Positions 1 to 10,934 of a stretch of 51,122 nt of DNA are shown piece by piece. Position 1 is the first letter of the stretch; the number at the start of each line of letters is the position of its first letter. The position numbers and the translations under genes were made by a program. Source of the DNA: Toensbergia leucococca (Eukaryota); the NCBI GenBank assembly GCA_022813965.1, contig JALDZS010000168.1:1-51122 (forward strand), written 5' to 3'. The notes beneath the pieces are model-generated. The model had not been told where the DNA came from and made no database searches. It was given only the letters and a program-made list of their open reading frames with translations.

Positions 1-329
1 GTCTTTGCATTGACTAAAGAGCAAAAGAGCAAAAACGCAAAGATCTATCTAGTCTATAAAACTCTTCACCGCCGGAGAGGATTAACAATGATCCAGATCT
101 AATGCCCTAATTTCCAACAGAATGACTGGATTACTGAGATAGGCTAAGATACTGAGATGCAAGGATCTGAGATAACCACCTGGAGTAAGTAAGAAGTCCA
201 GCGCTAGAATACGGCGTGCCGAAGCCGCAGGATAATCTCTCTTCTCTGTCATGAAGCGGCAAAATGATTGGCCTTTATGTCCCATCTAGGACTTATTTTT
301 GGAAGAGCTCCGAAATTTGAGACTTCGCC

Positions 330-1148
330 CTTACCTCTGGGATTTTGAAGAAGCGCAAAATGCAGTCCTTCGTGACCTCATTACCTCAGCACATTAGTAA
401 CATATCTTCAACATGAGTCCCGCTCCACCAGGCTGGCGGCGCAGACAACCTCGTTTTTCAAGCGTCAGCATGCGCGGCGGTCCATAAAGGCGGTAGCCGG
501 GCGGGCCAGAGCGATCACGGACATGTTGTCCTTTGCTTCGTAGGCGACCATTAAGGGGGCCGAAGTGCTTGTTGCTACCCATGGCAAGAGGAGAATGGCA
601 TTTGCGAAACTTGAGGACAGGTACGGGGACGGGATTGCAAGGCACTGGTGGTAGATGTAGGTCAGGAGGGCGAGGAGGAGTTTGGCGTCGGCAGAATCGC
701 CGAAACGAATAATCGTTGAGGGGAATTATGAAAGGGCGTAGAGGAGGTAGTGAAAGGAAGAGGTTGCCTGTTGCAGTGGATGTTGGTAGGAGTGGGCGGG
801 GACTGGGTCTGTGGGAATTGGGGTGTTCGGGTTTGGGTGTGCTTGAAAGGGAGGCCGGGCTGATATCGTAGGACTGAGACGAAGGAGGATTTTTGAGGTA
901 TGCTGTCGAGCACCACTGCTGGCTGTGTGGTGGTAATGGGCACTACGTATCCCCGGCCGTGGAAACAAACTATTACCTTGAGCGCTTCCAGTGAGCCGAG
1001 CCAACATACCTTCGTGCCATTCGAAAGCAAGATTTATGAAGGCGTCGAATTTCTGTTTGTCCGAAAGGGAGACATGTTTTAGTGGTGCTGGGTAAGATTG
1101 CTTGTTTCTCGCGGGTGGATAACTTGAAACTGAGGTCTCGGACTGCAA
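330..1148 (-). pseudogene. Decayed HSL-family alpha/beta hydrolase (SAY1/steryl deacetylase-like); boundaries approximate
   Basis: Minus-strand motifs occur in the expected order but in three frames. WLGSLEALKVIVCFHGRGYVVP is an HGGG motif degraded to HGRG (950-961). QQATSSFHYLLYALS*FPSTIIRFGDSADAKLLLALL has a stop at 726-728 and a GDSAG-like motif at ~687-701. AILLLPWV follows, then LSAPPAWWSGTHVEDMLLMC*GNEVTKDCI with stops at 458-460 and 386-388. Confidence 0.65.
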
Positions 1149-1642
1149 GATTCAGGATGTGGTAGAGGAGGCTTAATGCAGGTTAAGAGCCGAGGAAGGG
1201 GAAAATAAGGGCTGCGAGGTTGACGGTAATTGCTGTGTTGAGAATTAATTTTGTTGGTTGACTGTGCTTAGTCGAGTGGTGGCTTTACAAGCTAGTTGCC
1301 ATTGGATTCATGTTTTCATAGCGGGTTGATAGGCGTATTTCTGAGCATTTTGTTTCTGTTTTTCTTCCGAGACCTTGAACAGCATCTCTAGTTGAATTGC
1401 TTGGTGCACGACATGGTTGGCAGGAGGATTGATGGATGTGTCATGAAAGGGGTAAATAACCCCAGCCCGGGTCTCGCTTATCTAAATCACACCTAGAATA
1501 GCCCTAAGTGCTCCATAGCTTAAGCTCACGTCACTTCATACAAACAACAAACTCGAAGAACTACTTTTACCCTGTTACGGGTATTGACAATCGACTTTCT
1601 AGTCGTAACTCTACTGTGCCTACCAAACAAAGCACAAGCCAC

Positions 1643-3182
1643 ATGGACGATGTCTTTCAATTGCCAGAAGAATTTCTCTCCTTCAATCTTTTACCTTTAT
1701 CTCACGCCGACCACGGGCCCAGGCTTGGCAAGCTTTCATCTAATGGCCGTACCCCAATCAAAACGCCGCATTATGTTGCGCTGAGCTCTCGAGGCGCTGT
1801 ACCACATCTCTCGCAGGATATGGCAAGGGACAATACAGCTGTCAAAGGAGTATACGCCGCGCTCGAAGACTGTGAGTCCTTTTGAACTGTCGAGTGTGTC
1901 ACCAAAAGCCAATAGGATAGCACTGACCCGTATGCTCTTGCTGGAGCTAGTAAGTCATAGAGCGAGCTCCTCAGCAGGTTCCACCTGTTTACAAAATCCC
2001 TGCCTCCCGGCATGAATCCCCTCTCCGACGGTTTATAGCCCTGCAACCAAGCCCTTTACTCATCCTTGGCCCGCGTCGTATTCCTCCTTTATCATGTCCA
2101 GCTTCAAATACGAATAGTGCCATTTCCATAGTGACATCGGTTGGCTTCAGTTCCCTTACATCTGAACATTACGTTGAAGCGGTGCAAAAGCTTAGGCCAG
2201 ATATTGCATTGGGTTTGGGAGACGTAGTGAAAGATCAGAAAGTTGGTCTGAAGCGAATGGATAAAATGGGAGACAGGACTCTTGCTTGGATGAAGGAGCT
2301 GGCTGCTGGAATGCGAAATGAGGACCTTGGAACGCCAAGGACCGCGTTATTCGCACCTATCCTACCAATTGAGCCAGAACAGCAATTGTTCTATTTGGAT
2401 TTCTTAAAAGACGAGCTCGAAGATGTTGTCTCGGGGCTCGTCCTATATGATGACACTTCTATCACCTCTATTCCAGAGACTATGCGTCGACTGCCGAGGT
2501 TATCTCTCAGGGAGCCAAGCAGTCCGCATCTGCTTCTGAGAGGAATTTCTCATGGACTGGACATTTTCACCATCCCATTCATTGGAGCAACCACAGATGC
2601 TGGTATCGCCCTTAGCTTTTCCTTTCCCGTTACAGATACCACGTTCCTCGAAGAGCCTTTGCCACTAGGAATTGACATGTGGTCTTCTACACACGCCACC
2701 GATTTGTCTCGATTAAGCCAGAATTGTCGATGCTACACCTGCACAAACCACCAACGAGCATACCTTCAGCATCTACTTAGTGCAAAAGAAATGCTTGGGT
2801 GGGCTCTACTACAACTGCACAATCACCACATTCTGGACGTCTTCTTCGAAGGCGTACGGACCAGTATCAGCCAAGGATCGTTCGAAGAGGATGCGAAACT
2901 TTTTGAGATAAGGTATACTTCTGACCTACCTGCGAAGACGGGGCAAGGACCGAGGTAAGATGCATGCTCCCTTCAGGTTTGTGATTTTTAAGTACTGATA
3001 GAAGACATAGGGCAAGAGGCTACCAATTCAAGTCTGAGGGCAAAGGGGAGCCGAAGAAGAATGCACTGTCCTATCGAACGCTGAACGACAGGGAGGAGAA
3101 AATTGAGGAAGGCCTCCTGCCAAGTCCTTATGTTGAGGCCGAGGATCTTGAGCGACAAGGCTTTGCAGAGAAGGCATCATGA
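1643..3182 (+). CDS. QTRT2: Queuine tRNA-ribosyltransferase accessory subunit 2 (TGT family); exons 1643-1871, 1955-2954, 3011-3182
   Basis: Motifs IKTPHYVALSSRGAVPHLSQD, LEDFIE (after splicing), LRPDIALGLGD, Zn-site CRCYTCTNHQRAYLQHLL-AKEML and LLQLHNHH. GT..AG introns restore one frame ending at TGA 3180-3182. Confidence 0.9.
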
Positions 3183-3615
3183 AGGCAATGAATCCCTCTG
3201 TTTCCTCTTTCCGCACCAATTCTGGGAAAAATTTCTGAATGCAGGACGAGGGATACAGGATCGATGAGTGGAATAGGTCCCAGGTCCGGATCATGGTCTG
3301 ATTTGAAGATAAATCATGTTGGTTGTGCAAGGAATTCATCACTAGCGTAATCAGCTTCTCTGAAGCCAAATCACTACGAGTACCCTTTTAGGACAACAAA
3401 ATAGGTACTCGTGCCTCTGCAGAATTGCGTGATACTCATCGCTTGGCTGCATGGTTGTGTTTCATGCCGGAGCCAACCGGCATTGACCTTTCCCTTTTCC
3501 TCTCCCGACCCTTGAATAGTGAACACCAATGGTTAAATATCCATAGTTGACTTCAAATAAATTTCTTGATTACATTATGAATACAAAGTAGTTGACACTC
3601 ATTTCCACAGATGAA

Positions 3616-5655
3616 ATGGAGAAGATCACAGACAAGATCGCTGCTCTCCCCAAAGATGCCACCTACTTTTCCCTCGAATTCTTCCCCCCCAAGACGCAGA
3701 CGGTCTGTCCCCCCCCTTAGTGCCCAGCTTCTTGCTAAGATCACTCATAGGGCTCTTCAAATCTCCAAGCTCGCCTTGAGCGTATGTCCCGTGCTCTCCG
3801 TCCCCTCTTCGTAGCAGTCACATGGGGTGCTGGCGGTAGCACTTCAGCCAAATCCCTTGAACTCGCAGAAATTTGCCAGCGTCAGCTCGGAATCACAACA
3901 TGTTTACATCTTACGTGCACCAACATGAGCCGAAGGCTTATAGACGAAGCCCTAGAAGAAGCCAAGGCACTAGGGGTGAGGAATATTCTTGCCCTGAGGG
4001 GAGATCCTCCAAGAGAGGAGGAATATAGGATTGACGGAGAAGATGAATCACAAGAAGAGGATAGCAACGGGGGTTTTACTTGGGCGATCGATCTAGTAAG
4101 ATATATCCGACGCATTCATGGGAATTACTTCTGTATCGGCGTGGCAACGTATCCCGAGGGACATGCCGATGAGTCGTACCCTACGGAACAGGATCCAAAG
4201 CATGATCTTCCCTATCTGATAGACAAGACAAAAGCCGGAGCAGACTTCATCATGACGCAGCTGTTCTACGACGAAGGTGCTTATGTGAAATTTGAGAAGA
4301 TGTTGAGGGAACATGAGTCAGGCGTATTCAAAGACATCCCAATCCTGCCAGGGTTAATGCCCATTCAGAGCTACCAGATTCTGAAAAGAACCACCAAATT
4401 AAGCCATGCAAAGTTGCCGCCGGAGCTGTTGGAGAGATTGGAACCCGTGAAAGGGGATGACGAAGCAGTAAAGATGGTTGGTGTTGATGTGATAAGCGAG
4501 ATTGTGGAGGATATCAAAAAAATCAAGTCTCCTGGCCCCAGGGGCTTCCACTTTTTCACGTTGAATCTAGAAAAGGCGGTGGGCTTCATACTAGAACGAT
4601 GTCATCTCATCCCTCCGCACAGCCCCGAGATCGAAGGACTTGATCTCCTCGCCATCGATAACTCTATATCAAACGGCGTTACAAAATCAATATCTACCGT
4701 CAACCATACAACCAATCTCAACAGCCACCGCCGGGTCTCCTCTTCTACGACTTCACACAATTACCTAACAACAGACAATTTGCACACTCCTAACCACACC
4801 TCGGCCATCGACGACTCTCCCCCCTCCCGCGCTACTGACCTCGCCATCTCACATGGTGTCGGCTCCCTCGGCCGTGAAGCTACCTGGGACGACTACCCAA
4901 ATGGCCGTTTTGGTGATGCCCGCTCCCCAGCCTTCAACCCACCAACAAGCTATAGTACCTCCCTGCCACTCTCCCCTTTCCAAGCCCGCATCCTCTGGGG
5001 CACCCCGACTACACTCAACGACATAACCACACTCTTTAGACGCCACCTCTCCGGCTCCCTTCCCGTTCTCCCCTGGTCTGATTCCTCAGGCCTCAGCCCC
5101 GAAACTGCTCTCATAACCCCCCAACTCACTCGCCTCATCGACCAACGCACCTGGTGGACCATCGCTTCCCAGCCCGCCGCCGACGGCGTTCCCAGCTCTG
5201 ACCCAATCCTGGGCTGGGGCCCACCCGGAGGCTTCGTCTTCCAGAAAGCCTTTGTCGAGCTTTTCCTACCCGCATCAGACTGGCACAATATTCTCCGCCC
5301 GCACCTGGAAAGCGCTAGCGTCCGCGGCGAAGTAAGCTGGTACGCTGGCGACTGTGATGGGGCTTACGAGAGCAGCGATGGGGCTGATGCCGTCAACGCT
5401 GTTACGTGGGGGGCGTTTGCAGGCAAGGAAATTGTCACTGCGACGATTGTTGAGGAAGTGAGTTTTCGGGCTTGGGTTGAGGAGGCGTTTGGGCTTTGGG
5501 TGGAGTGGGGGAGGTGTTATGGGGGAGAGGGGGAGGGGAGGAAGAAGGCCAGGGAGTTTTTGAAGTGGCTGAGGGGGGAGGTGTGGTTGGTCAATGTTAT
5601 TTGTCACGGGTATCGGGAGGGGGATCGGTTGTGGGATGTTTTGATGGAGGCGTGA
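3616..5655 (+). CDS. MET12: Methylenetetrahydrofolate reductase, MET12-type; exons 3616-3702, 3751-5655
   Basis: Exon 1 reads MEKITDKIAALPKDATYFSLEFFPPKT. Catalytic domain has VTWGAGGST, CLHLTCTNM, NILALRGDPP, ADFIMTQLFYD and HFFTLNLE. Regulatory domain has WDDYPNGRFGDARSPAF, GWGPPGGFVFQKAFVE and NAVTWG. The MET12 versus MET13 call rests on N-terminal similarity recalled from memory. Confidence 0.9.
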
Positions 5656-5896
5656 TTGGTTGGGGGGATGGTGTTTTGTATTGTTTTGATTTGGGAGTTT
5701 CTGGTGGTTGGCTTAGTTATGGGTGGGGAGGCTTTAGTGGAGCGAGCGTTTTTGTACTCTTATTACTAGATGAGCTTCAGGTATCTGGGTTGTGTATGAT
5801 AGAGTGTTTAGCGAGGGAGGAAGATGAGTTCTTTCATGTTCATTTATTGAACTTCAATCCTTTCCTCCGTCTCACTGTCATCACTTTTCGTTACCT

Positions 5897-6673
5897 CTAC
5901 GCCATTGAAGTGAGATCTCCGCGTATGGGGCGATATGTCTGGATAATAGACGTAATATGAAGCATCGGGCACAAATTCCCTGAGGGAAGTGATCCGTTTT
6001 CAGAGGCTCTGAATATGCATGGGCTTTTACATGCTTGCCAAAATCGCCCCGGGGCAATCATGTTCATTCTGCATGTGAGACCCGCTCGATTTATCCCTAG
6101 GAAATTTCGTTGGTTGACGCAGGAGCTCGTGATCCGTGCCCCCAAATGTGGTCGTGATTCTGGGGCCGGGAGATTGACTCGCTTTTGTATGTGGGAATTT
6201 TTTTTTGTTCTTATCTTCATGCATGTGAGGTAATGGGAGCTGTGATAAAGGTCTTGGATTATGAGTTTCATGACCGGCAGTTTCGTAATTGTGCTCGCTG
6301 GTAAGGTATCATGGCTGTTTGGTGATGAGTCAACGGTAGTGGAAGTTGGTGAGGTGGATGATGTGGGAGTGGCTGAGATTACCTTGGTCGTTTGTGATGA
6401 TGCTTCTGAGGGTGTTTCTGCTACATCGTCGCTGGAAAAGCTGCTCGCGATGGTGCTTGCAAATATTCTAGTCAAGCAGAAGCACGACCGAAGCAAAGAT
6501 CTTAGGTCGTCCGCTTTAAGCTTTTTCTCTTGCTTTCCCCTCTTTGTCTTCATTAGGTGTGGTGTGATGCACGACTTTTGCGCAAAAAGCTCGCCTATAG
6601 CTATGAAATGCGATGATTTTCGAGAGAGGACAGCCGGTGTGGATAGATCTCTTGACGCTTTGAATGCTGACAA
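5897..6673 (-). other. Ser/Thr-rich ORF of unknown status, possibly a decayed gene
   Basis: 258-codon ORF without an ATG start or recognisable domain. An alternative frame near 5850-6230 reads protein-like but is interrupted by TAA/TGA. Confidence 0.2.
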
Positions 6674-6879
6674 GGGGGGAAAATTAGGGGCGTGTGTGAT
6701 GGTGTCCCAAGTACGTTCGTGCAGACTGGATTTTTCTCTGTAGCATCATTTCTCACACGAAGTCTCACCCTCACCATACAATCACAACGCCTTGAAATCT
6801 CCATGTCTCCATGCCACCCTGCTAACGGGCCCGTTTTCCTATGGGAAGAGCCATGTCAACCGCAGCCCATACTAAACAC

Positions 6880-7466
6880 GATAAAAAACCACAATGAACT
6901 GCTTCAGCTGACGCCTTCATGTTTCAACTGATCTCTGCGGTTGTATTTCGTATGCATTTAAGAGAAGTGCGAGTTCCGCAGGTAAGCAAGCGTGGGCTTC
7001 ATCATATCATGATCAGAATAGATCCCTACTAGTCATAGAAGCCAGTAGATTCTCGTTGCGTGGAAATCCCGCAGGGACTTGGTTCTGCGCATGTCGAATT
7101 GGTTCATAATTTGTGTGTTGGATCTATAACATGAGGAGTGAAAAGCTGAGCCATCTGAACCTGTGATCTGCAAGGGATTAATTAGCTTTGGAGTATGAAA
7201 ATCATTGAACAAAAGTTACTTTGCGTTTAATTAGACCAGCCATCAATTCGTGTCTTGAAACTATCAGTATCAATATATTTAAATGATGCTATGTAAAACA
7301 TCATACTGACTCCTAGATCTTGGAATTGTACATCGATCCGAGTTTGCATTGTATTGAGAGCGGTAAGACCTTGATTAATCACTGGAACGTTGGGCAACTT
7401 GCGGAATTCTTGAGAAGCTGCAGCGAGACACTCGGCCAACCGCTCAAAGTCTGGTTGAGCATCCAT
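6880..7466 (-). pseudogene. Probable pseudogene of a small fungal protein family resembling Mug135/DUF1773
   Basis: Starts MDAQPDFERLAECLAAASQEFRKLPNVP. After intron-like segments it reads MAQLFTPHVIDPTHKL, then a frameshift near 7105, then EPIRHAQNQVPAGFPRNENLLASMT and AELALLLNAYEIQPQRSVET*RRQLKQFI (TGA at 6917-6919). The family assignment is pattern recall, not a search result. Confidence 0.5.
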
Positions 7467-7981
7467 AATGAGACGCCAGAGATTGAGATATTAGAGCTGG
7501 CGGTAGTGAACGAAGAGTCTGGTCATTGAAGTAAACTAAGCTGCCGCAGTTACCTTGCTCCTTGGAACAACGATCGAATTGGCAAGAGAGCTCCCGAAAC
7601 ACCGGCAAGTAATCTACAACAAAGATCGTAAACGTGGTGAGAAAGACAGGCCCTAGAAAGCAGTCTTGATGTGAGACAACAACAGAAATAACTGTCGATT
7701 GGTAAAGTAGCACAGTAGGTAGGCCGGCGCCCCTATGCGAGCACAAACAGAGCTAGAGAATAGCGGGCCGAAAATCCGCAGCCCCACCTGCAGCGACCAG
7801 GTTAGATGCCCCACTAAAGGCCTGCATTTGTGGATATCAATAAAGCCAAAATTCCATATTCATCGAGCCTTTTCCATCAACCAATTCATAACAATTCCCA
7901 GCATCCCAATTCCAAGAAATAAACACAGCAATCCCCTCGCCCCCTTTCTGTCATCAGTGAAAGAAATATCCTCCCTGCAAG

Positions 7982-8813
7982 ATGACCGCCAACGAGCAGA
8001 CGTAAGTATTTATACTGACGAAGAGTATCTGGCGGTGAAGCTGATACTGTGGACAGCTTCATTGCAATCAAGCCCGACGGTGTCCAGGTGAGCCATTGAA
8101 CTGCAATTGATTCCAGGGACAGCACTGCTTTGAGAAAAGCTGTCAATGCTGACCCTTAATAGCGTGGACTTGTCGGCGACATCATCTCTCGATTCGAAAA
8201 GCGTGGGTACGCTGGCCCACCATTGTTCTTGCACCATTTTGTAAGATACCTACTGACGAACTTTCAAGATACAAGCTCGCAGCAATCAAGCTCGTCACAC
8301 CTTCCAAGGAGCACCTAGAAAAGCACTATGAAGACCTCTCCGACAAGCCCTTCTTCAAGGGTCTTGTCACTTGTACGTCTGCTGAAGAAGGGATTGATGA
8401 CTCCTTCAAGGAAGCTAGCTGACATCTCCCCAGATATGCTGAGCGGTCCCATCTGTGCAATGGTATGGGAGGGTCGTGACGCTGTCAAAACCGGTCGAAG
8501 TACGTTCCCTCCTATTGACCTACCGCTGCCTGCATCCACCCTTACTAAATTCGAATCGCAGCTCTCCTCGGCGCCACGAACCCCCTAGCATCCGCTTGTG
8601 GCACCATTCGTGGCGACTACGCCATCGTAAGTGTCTTCCCTACATAAATTGCAACTCACAGCTAACTTATCCAATTAGGATGTCGGCCGCAACGTCTGTC
8701 ATGGCTCCGACAGCGTCGAAAATGCCAAGAAAGAGATTGCGCTCTGGTTTGCTAAGGGCGATGTGATTGAGTACAAGCACAGTCAGTTCGACTGGATCTA
8801 TGAGAAGCCATGA
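7982..8813 (+). CDS. NDK1: Nucleoside diphosphate kinase, 7 exons
   Basis: Spliced product [35 protein letters not shown]...[30 protein letters not shown]...[44 protein letters not shown]...WIYEKP*. Six GT..AG introns. Confidence 0.97.
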
Positions 8814-9010
8814 ATGCACAAAGGATAGCTTTACAAGGGAGACACGGACATCATGGGATGGCTTTGAGGCATGGGTAAGTGAAAAGAATGGTACGGAGAA
8901 AAGTGTAGAAACGTTGTAACGAACACCATTTTCAATGCCACGAACTAAGATGCAATATCACCGCTTAGATCAATTTGATGGCGCCAATTGAACTACACCC
9001 ACCTCTCATC

Positions 9011-9824
9011 CTACGGCGGCTTCCTCAACCCCCCTTCAGCCTCCCTCCCCACACTTTCACCAGTTTTGACAGTCCTAGGCGATCCACTCGGCGCAGACCC
9101 TTTTCCCACGCCGGCCCTCCCTCGACCCGCCCTCTCAATCACCCACCTAAACCATCCCGAAACCGGAACTACCACCCCCTTGGCAAACCTCGGTGTAGCC
9201 CACACACACCCCAAAATCCTAACCGGCAACAAAGCCTTCGTAATCGCATAAGCAGCCGCAAACCTGCCCCCAAAAATCAGTACCCAACCCCACTCAGACC
9301 ACCTCCGGCCCCCCACTCAAAGAACCCCCAGAGAGACTCACTCAACAACCCACCTAACCCCCTCCCCCTTCCCCACATCCCCCTCATCCAACCACCCCCT
9401 CCTCCTCCCCCACCGCTCGAATCTCCCGACCCCCTCACGCACCCACTCCCCCTCCATCAGCCCCCCAACTCTGGGCAGCCACGCCGTATAATGAAACAAC
9501 CCTGCGAGCGCAAATAGCGGAACTATGGCTGTGAATTCGTGCAGGATGAGGAAGGAGGTTAGGTGGCTAAGGGGGGCTGGGGCGGTGAGGAGGGGGTTGA
9601 GGTAGGGGCGGAGGCGGGGTGGGACTGTTGATTGGGTTTGGGGTTTAGTGAGAGTGGCGGTTTGGGGGGAGGGGTAGCATACGGCGGTGGGTTAGGCGCG
9701 TGAGGAGGGGGTTGGGGGGTGGAGGTGTGGGAGTGGAGGGGGGTTTGGTGGAGGTGAGACGGTGGTGAGGGAGAGAGGATGGGGGCCGTAGGTGGCGTGG
9801 GGCTGGATGAACGAAGAGGCGCAT
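9011..9824 (-). CDS. MRX11: FLILHELTA-family mitochondrial protein (MRX11-like); exons 9824-9683, 9624-9342, 9263-9011
   Basis: Arg/Pro-rich presequence-like N-terminus, then LPPRLRPYLNPLL...SHLTSFLILHEFTAIVPLF and VVEFAAAYAITKALLPVRILGCVWATP. Two introns (gtatgc..cag, gtgagt..cag) keep the frame. Confidence 0.88.
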
Positions 9825-9906
9825 TTGGTAAAGGTGGTTAAACCATCTCGCTCCAAAGAATCCTGAAGTAGAATAGGTAGCCCTTTTCTTCTTTGGATGT
9901 AATGAA

Positions 9907-9928
9907 TGACGTCACCTCCGCAACGCGA
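9907..9928. promoter_or_regulatory. Candidate ATF/CRE site (TGACGTCA) and MCB-like ACGCGA in the 157-bp divergent MRX11/CDC8 promoter
   Basis: Perfect TGACGTCA at 9907-9914 and ACGCGA at 9923-9928. Function is inferred from motif match only. Confidence 0.3.
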
Positions 9929-9981
9929 CTTTGCGATTCCGCCCTCGTCGACACAGAAGACATCAAATACTCCATCCAACC

Positions 9982-10765
9982 ATGGCGGGCACCACACGCG
10001 GTGCATTAATCGTCATCGAAGGCCTAGACCGAGCCGGTAAATCCACCCAATGCGAACGGCTATGCCTTCGTCTCGAGCAAGAAGGCCACCAAGTCAGGCG
10101 CATGCGCTTTCCTGGTAAGACACAAAGCTTCCCGTCCCTCCATTCCCACCGGGGGCGCCCCCAAAACAAAGCAGGCAATTATCTAATCGCAAATCGAAAA
10201 CGTCGTCCCAGACAGAACAACCCCCGTCGGCGCCTCGATAAATACCTACCTCCGCGGCACCACCGCCCTCGACGACCACGCGATCCACCTCCTCTTCTCC
10301 GCCAATCGCTGGGAAGCCGCCTCCCAAATCCGTGCCGATATCGCGGCCGGTGTGAGCGTCGTCGTGGACCGCTATTTTTATTCCGGGATTGTGTATTCAG
10401 CTGCCAAAGGAATACCGGGGCTGACGGCGGAGTGGTCGCGGCAGCCGGAGGTGGGGTTGCCGCGGCCGGATGTTTGTGTGTTTTTGGATGTGGAGCCGGG
10501 AGTTGTTGGTGGGAGGGAGGGGTTTGGGGGGGAGAGGTATGAGGAGGGAGCGATGCAGGGGAGGGTTCGCGAGGGGTTTTTGGGGTTGCTTGGGGGAGGA
10601 GATGGGGCGGATATGAGGGTTGTGGATGCGGGAAGGGGGGTGAAGGAGGTGGAGAGGGGGGTTTGGGAGGTAGTTGAGGGGGTTGTGAGAGAAAGAGGGT
10701 CGATGGGGCCGTTGAGGAGTGTTCTGCCATTGGATCAATCCTGTCGAAAAGAGTGCAAGGAGTAA
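9982..10765 (+). CDS. CDC8: Thymidylate kinase; exons 9982-10114, 10212-10765
   Basis: P-loop RGALIVIEGLDRAGKSTQ, then RFPDRTT after splicing, IHLLFSANRWE, VVVDRYFYSGIVYSAAK, GLPRPD and GFGGERYE. Confidence 0.95.
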
Positions 10766-10934
10766 TACTGCATTTGATGGAGCATCGCACTTCTACATCC
10801 GGAGTCGAAACCGGATCACATACTCGACCCGTTAACCCGGCAACAAAGGGCAGCTTCTACGAGACCGGTTCTATAGAGGCAGGTTGAACAACGCAAGAGA
10901 GCTGGTTCGAACCGCTTGAGGCCAACTTTTCAAT

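Noticed and set aside
9625..9700. Apparent frameshift/stop in the MRX11 5' region
   Set aside because: Fully resolved by a canonical 58-nt intron at 9682-9625, so it is not a pseudogene.
8975..10790. Long Pro-rich or Gly-rich antisense/alternate-frame ORFs over MRX11 and CDC8 (also over MET12, MRP7 and the KDM5 3' end)
   Set aside because: By-products of C/G skew, which depletes stop codons. The real frames carry the conserved motifs.
10895..10920. GGTTCGAACC B-box/T-loop-like palindrome between CDC8 and SLX1
   Set aside because: The flanks do not pair as a T-stem (GCTGG vs CGCTT) and no cloverleaf or A box is evident, so it is not called a tRNA.
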